Shown: positions 59,591 through 64,000 of the stretch, piece by piece
Numbering within the stretch: the first letter of the stretch is position 1
How the letters are laid out: every line of letters begins with the position of its first letter
Position numbers and translations under genes: made by a program
Source: the human T2T-CHM13v2.0 reference genome, Homo sapiens
Direction: 5' to 3' (one strand)
Assembly: GCF_009914755.1 (NCBI RefSeq)
Contig: NC_060943.1
DNA: 64,000 nucleotides
Notes under the pieces: model-generated
The model's database searches: none
Told to the model about the DNA's origin: nothing
What the model saw: only the letters and a program-made list of their open reading frames with translations

Positions 59591-59779
59591 CTAGAAGAGA
59601 AGCAACAAAAACATAAGGTGGTGGCGTGGGAAGCTCTTGCTTACTTCTGTCTGCAAAGGGAAGAAATACTGTCACTGCTGGTGCATGGAGGGGCCAATGA
59701 CAGAAACGAATCCCCCTTAGGAAAGGAAGACAGGTCTAGGAAGGGCAGGTCCCAAAGGCTGTTGGGACTAATTTTTTAA

Positions 59780-59995
<216 letters not shown>

Positions 59996-60288
59996 TAACC
60001 ATGAGGACAAAAGCCATATGTTTAAAGATGGCAGAATAGTAAGCAGGAATGAGCCTAGGTCCCCCAGGGTACCCCTGACCACTGCGCTGCCAGCTACTGC
60101 CCACCCAGCTCCAGACTCCTGGTTCTGAGAGACAAATGTCTATGTGTTGAAGCCAATTTTGTTAAGTTTTCCTTTATTTCCGGTTGAACACAGTCTCAAC
60201 GACACAATACCTAGGTGAAATCCAGGATTGTGTTCTCCATTCTTCATCATTCAGTCCTCAGGAATCACTCACCATAACCGTGAACTGA

Positions 60289-60604
<316 letters not shown>

Positions 60605-60889
60605 TAAAAAAAAAAAAAGAGAGAGAGAGAGAGAGAGATGGGGTCTATGTTGCCCAGGGTGTATTCATTTGTTCTTGCTTATATGTATTTCAAGTTTCTC
60701 AACAGAATAGAAATTGTAACTAAATAAGAAATACTGCCCGGGCACGGTAGCTCACATTTGTAATCCCAGCACTTCAGGAGGCTGGAATCAGGAGTTTGGG
60801 ACCAGCCTGGCCAACATGGCGAAACCCTGTCTCTACTAAAAATACAAAAATTAGCCGGGTGTGGTGGCGGGCAGGCACCTATAGTCTCA

Positions 60890-61021
<132 letters not shown>

Positions 61022-61639
61022 TTATACACAACATTATTTGTTTGAAGCATCTATTTCTTCCCAAGACAGATGCAGGGGTGCAGTGTGCCCTGAGCACACA
61101 TCTGCTGGTGTCTGTTGCTGCCTGGGATACTGGGGTAAGAAGCTGCCGGCTGAACTAATACTGGGTTATTATACTTGTTTCCTTCAGAACTCTGTGGTCA
61201 TTGGTCCATCTTCTGACATTGAACTCTGCTATGAAGTCCAAGGTTAACCTCATCCTCCCCTCCTCTTCTGTTTGGATGCTTTAATCATTCCCCATTCAAC
61301 CCTGAAGCTCAATAACTTCACCAGGATATGCTGCTGCTTTGCATTCACATCAACCTCCATAATTACGTTTCAGGCTATATGGATTGGTTGAAAATTTTGG
61401 CCAAAAAATTCCCCTAAAACCAAAAGTCCTCATCTTACTGGGGGTCCTCCTCACTCTGAAAGGTAACCTGAGTCTTTCAGGCCGCCCAGGCAACTCCCAG
61501 TATCGGCAAGTGTCCACAAGGACAAGGACTACACAGTCACTCCCACCCACCCTCACCACGGCTCCAGAACCTTCTGGAAGCCATGTGTCCTCTGGGGGCT
61601 ATGGCCTCCTAGAGGTGCCCAGCTTTCAGCGCTCCTTAC

Positions 61640-61750
61640 CCAGGTGCAGCGCCCTTCCACGAAGTACTTGCAAATGACTTTGCCTTTCTTGTCCGACTGC
61701 TGGTGGGGCTTGTCATGGTCACGACTCCGGTAGCTTCCACCACCACCGTC
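61640..61750 (-). CDS. ZC3H4: ZC3H4 exon, start of finger 1 (DGGGGSYRS...[14 protein letters not shown])
   Basis: ttgcag|GACGG...CTGG|gtaagg; 111 nt. Confidence 0.95.
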
Positions 61751-62350
61751 CTGCAATGGACAGGGTGTGGACGTAAAGGGGAATGAAAGGGAAGGGTAGA
61801 GATGGGATCAGGGTTAATAAGAAGCACGGGAGAAGGGGATGAGGGGTCCCTTCAGATCTCACAAGAGCACCGATGGGCAGGCTGCATCTAACACGGAGGC
61901 TGCGTGCACCTTATAAGCCCCACGGTGTGGGGTGTTGCTGCCTGGTGAGGAAAAGCTCTAGCCTTTAGAGCTGTTAGCCACTTACACCTCAAGTTCCACA
62001 CAACTGTGCAGGAACACGTCCACCACACCCAGAGGTGGTGGCATGGGTCTCCCTGCAAAACCTTCCAGGGCTAATTGGATGGTTCACCTAGAACCTTCTG
62101 AACCTCAGAGATGTGTTAGGTATGGCTGCAGGTGCTGCTAATGACATGGTTTTAAACACAGGGTCTCAGCAGCAGCGCATCTCCCCAGGATAACTCTAGT
62201 TGTCGCTGGTTATGCTGGTCAACACTGGCCAGCCCTTTGTGGGGTGGCTGATGGCAGCAAGGATCAGCTTCACAGAATGACTCATTAAAGGGAAAAAGGA
62301 CTAAGAAGGGACCTTGGCCCAAACATCAGATCAGAGTGGAGTCAACTCAC

Positions 62351-62490
62351 GCCCATGTCCTCATCATAGAAGTCTTCGTCATCGTTCATTCCGCCCTTGT
62401 TCATCCCTCCTCGGCTGCCACCTCGGCCTCGGCCCCGACCCATTCCTTTCCCTCGACCTCGGGAGCCCCTGCCACGGCCTCGACTTAGCC
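62351..62490 (-). CDS. ZC3H4: ZC3H4 RG-rich/acidic exon ([12 protein letters not shown]...[11 protein letters not shown])
   Basis: cacag|GGCTA...GGC|gtgagt; 140 nt. Confidence 0.94.
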
Positions 62491-62612
62491 CTGTGGAGGG
62501 GAGATTGTGTGAAGACCTGCTGACCACCCCCTCCCCCACCCCCAGGACTAGATTCCAGCAGCTGCTGGAATCCCTGCCCCACCCAGCGTGTCCTCTCCAG
62601 GCCCCTGCCCAC

Positions 62613-62709
62613 CTCGGCCTCGGCTGTCCTTGGAGCGGCGGTACTGGTTCAGCTCCTTGGAGTACTCGTCATAGTCGTCGTCTCCCATTGGCTCCTCACT
62701 CTCTCCATA
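62613..62709 (-). CDS. ZC3H4: ZC3H4 exon ([32 protein letters not shown])
   Basis: ttccag|TATGG...CGAG|gtgggc; 97 nt. Confidence 0.94.
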
Positions 62710-63126
62710 CTGGAATGCGCAGAGGAGAGGGCAGGAGAGCGTCAGGTAGGGAACAATGAACACTGTCCCCACCTACACACTGCTCCTTTTTGAAGGATGG
62801 TGACCATCCAGGGGACTCATACCATAACCCGTTTCCACACAGCCTGACGACAGGTGGTCCCAATCCTTCCCACTGCAGTCTTCACTGTGAAGACCTGACC
62901 CAATAGGCAAACCCAGCATGGAGCCTCCCTACGTACACATCACTGTGGGGCTCTAAAAGGGAGTGGGCAGTGGACTGTGGACTGGCGTGGAAGGTCTGTG
63001 GGTAGGACCAGGATGGCAAGTGCAGTGCACCTGCCGCTCCTCCTCCTGGGTCGGGACAGGGATGAAGGACCACGTGCCTGGCTGGAAATGTCTCTAGAGG
63101 ACTTTCAGGAAACTTCTCTCTAGTGA

Positions 63127-63342
<216 letters not shown>

Positions 63343-63678
63343 TAGTAGAGACAGGGTTTCACCGTGTTAGCCAGGATGGTCTCCATCTCCTGACCTCGTG
63401 ATCCACCTGCCTCAGGCTCCCAAAGTACTGGGATTACAGGTGTGAGCCACCGCGCCCAGCCGATACCTTTTCTACTTTAAACCACGTGAAGGTTTTATCT
63501 ATTCCAAAATGATAAATGAATATTTTTAAACACATACATCTGCGCTCTGAGGCTTCCCTTCCTTCAGAAGGGCCGTATGTCTTCCTACCTTGGCCTCACA
63601 GCCTCTACCAGCAGTGCTCACGCCCCGGAAAGCCCACCAGCCTCACCCCGACGTCCCCAGGGCCAGAGGAAACCTTAC

Positions 63679-63833
63679 GTCCATCTCTTCCTCGTAGAAA
63701 TCCTCTTCATCCTCCGGGTGGTCTCCTCCCATAGAGCCTCTGCCCCTGCCTCGGCTGCCCCTGCCCATGCCGCGGCCTCGCGATCCTCCACGGCTTCCTC
63801 GGCCCCTGTAGCCCCGGCCCCGGCCTCGGCTGC
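63679..63833 (-). CDS. ZC3H4: ZC3H4 RG-rich/acidic exon ([11 protein letters not shown]...[11 protein letters not shown])
   Basis: atgcag|GCAGC...GAC|gtaagg; 155 nt. Confidence 0.93.
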
Positions 63834-64000
63834 CTGCATGGAGATTCAGATAGTGAGCCTCCAGCAGGAGCAGATGCCACCAGCAAGAAAGAAGACAACC
63901 CACATTTTGCTCCTGAGGTCAATCACTTCAGCCGCCTCCTCCTCCTTCTCCTCCTCCTCCTCCTCCAAGAAGCCTTCCTAGATGCCCCAGGTAGGCTACT

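Noticed and set aside
63900-63980. GAG-rich stretch resembling an acidic ZC3H4 exon
   Set aside because: No polypyrimidine tract at the candidate acceptor, and phase does not fit the next exon; treated as a simple repeat

Overview
Human, GC- and Alu-rich DNA that I recognise from its translated exons as the NPAS1-TMEM160-ZC3H4 locus (19q13.32). The + strand carries the last nine coding exons of NPAS1 (bHLH-PAS factor; the bHLH exons lie upstream of the window). The - strand carries all of TMEM160 (3 exons, 188 aa) and the last ten coding exons plus 3'UTR of ZC3H4 (CCCH zinc-finger subunit of the Restrictor complex). I checked all exon junctions for phase consistency. Between TMEM160 and ZC3H4 lies a 5.5-kb two-LTR HERV-H provirus (LTR7Y-like, 7 differences in 430 bp) nested inside an Alu. 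The most notable observations are: (1) ZC3H4 has a U12 AT-AC intron between zinc fingers 2 and 3, and a GC-AG final intron preceding the exon with ten DPR motifs; (2) a BC200 RNA retrocopy with a 14-bp TSD sits in an NPAS1 intron; (3) the HERV-H is co-oriented with and ~1.2 kb upstream of TMEM160, and there are possible in-frame splice routes to a presequence-less TMEM160; (4) ZC3H4 has internally duplicated RG/acidic exons. No wholly new gene system is demonstrable from sequence alone. The regulatory models are hypotheses, and repeat-family names come from remembered consensus sequences, not from a search. Most ORFs in the supplied track are Alu, VNTR or antisense artefacts.
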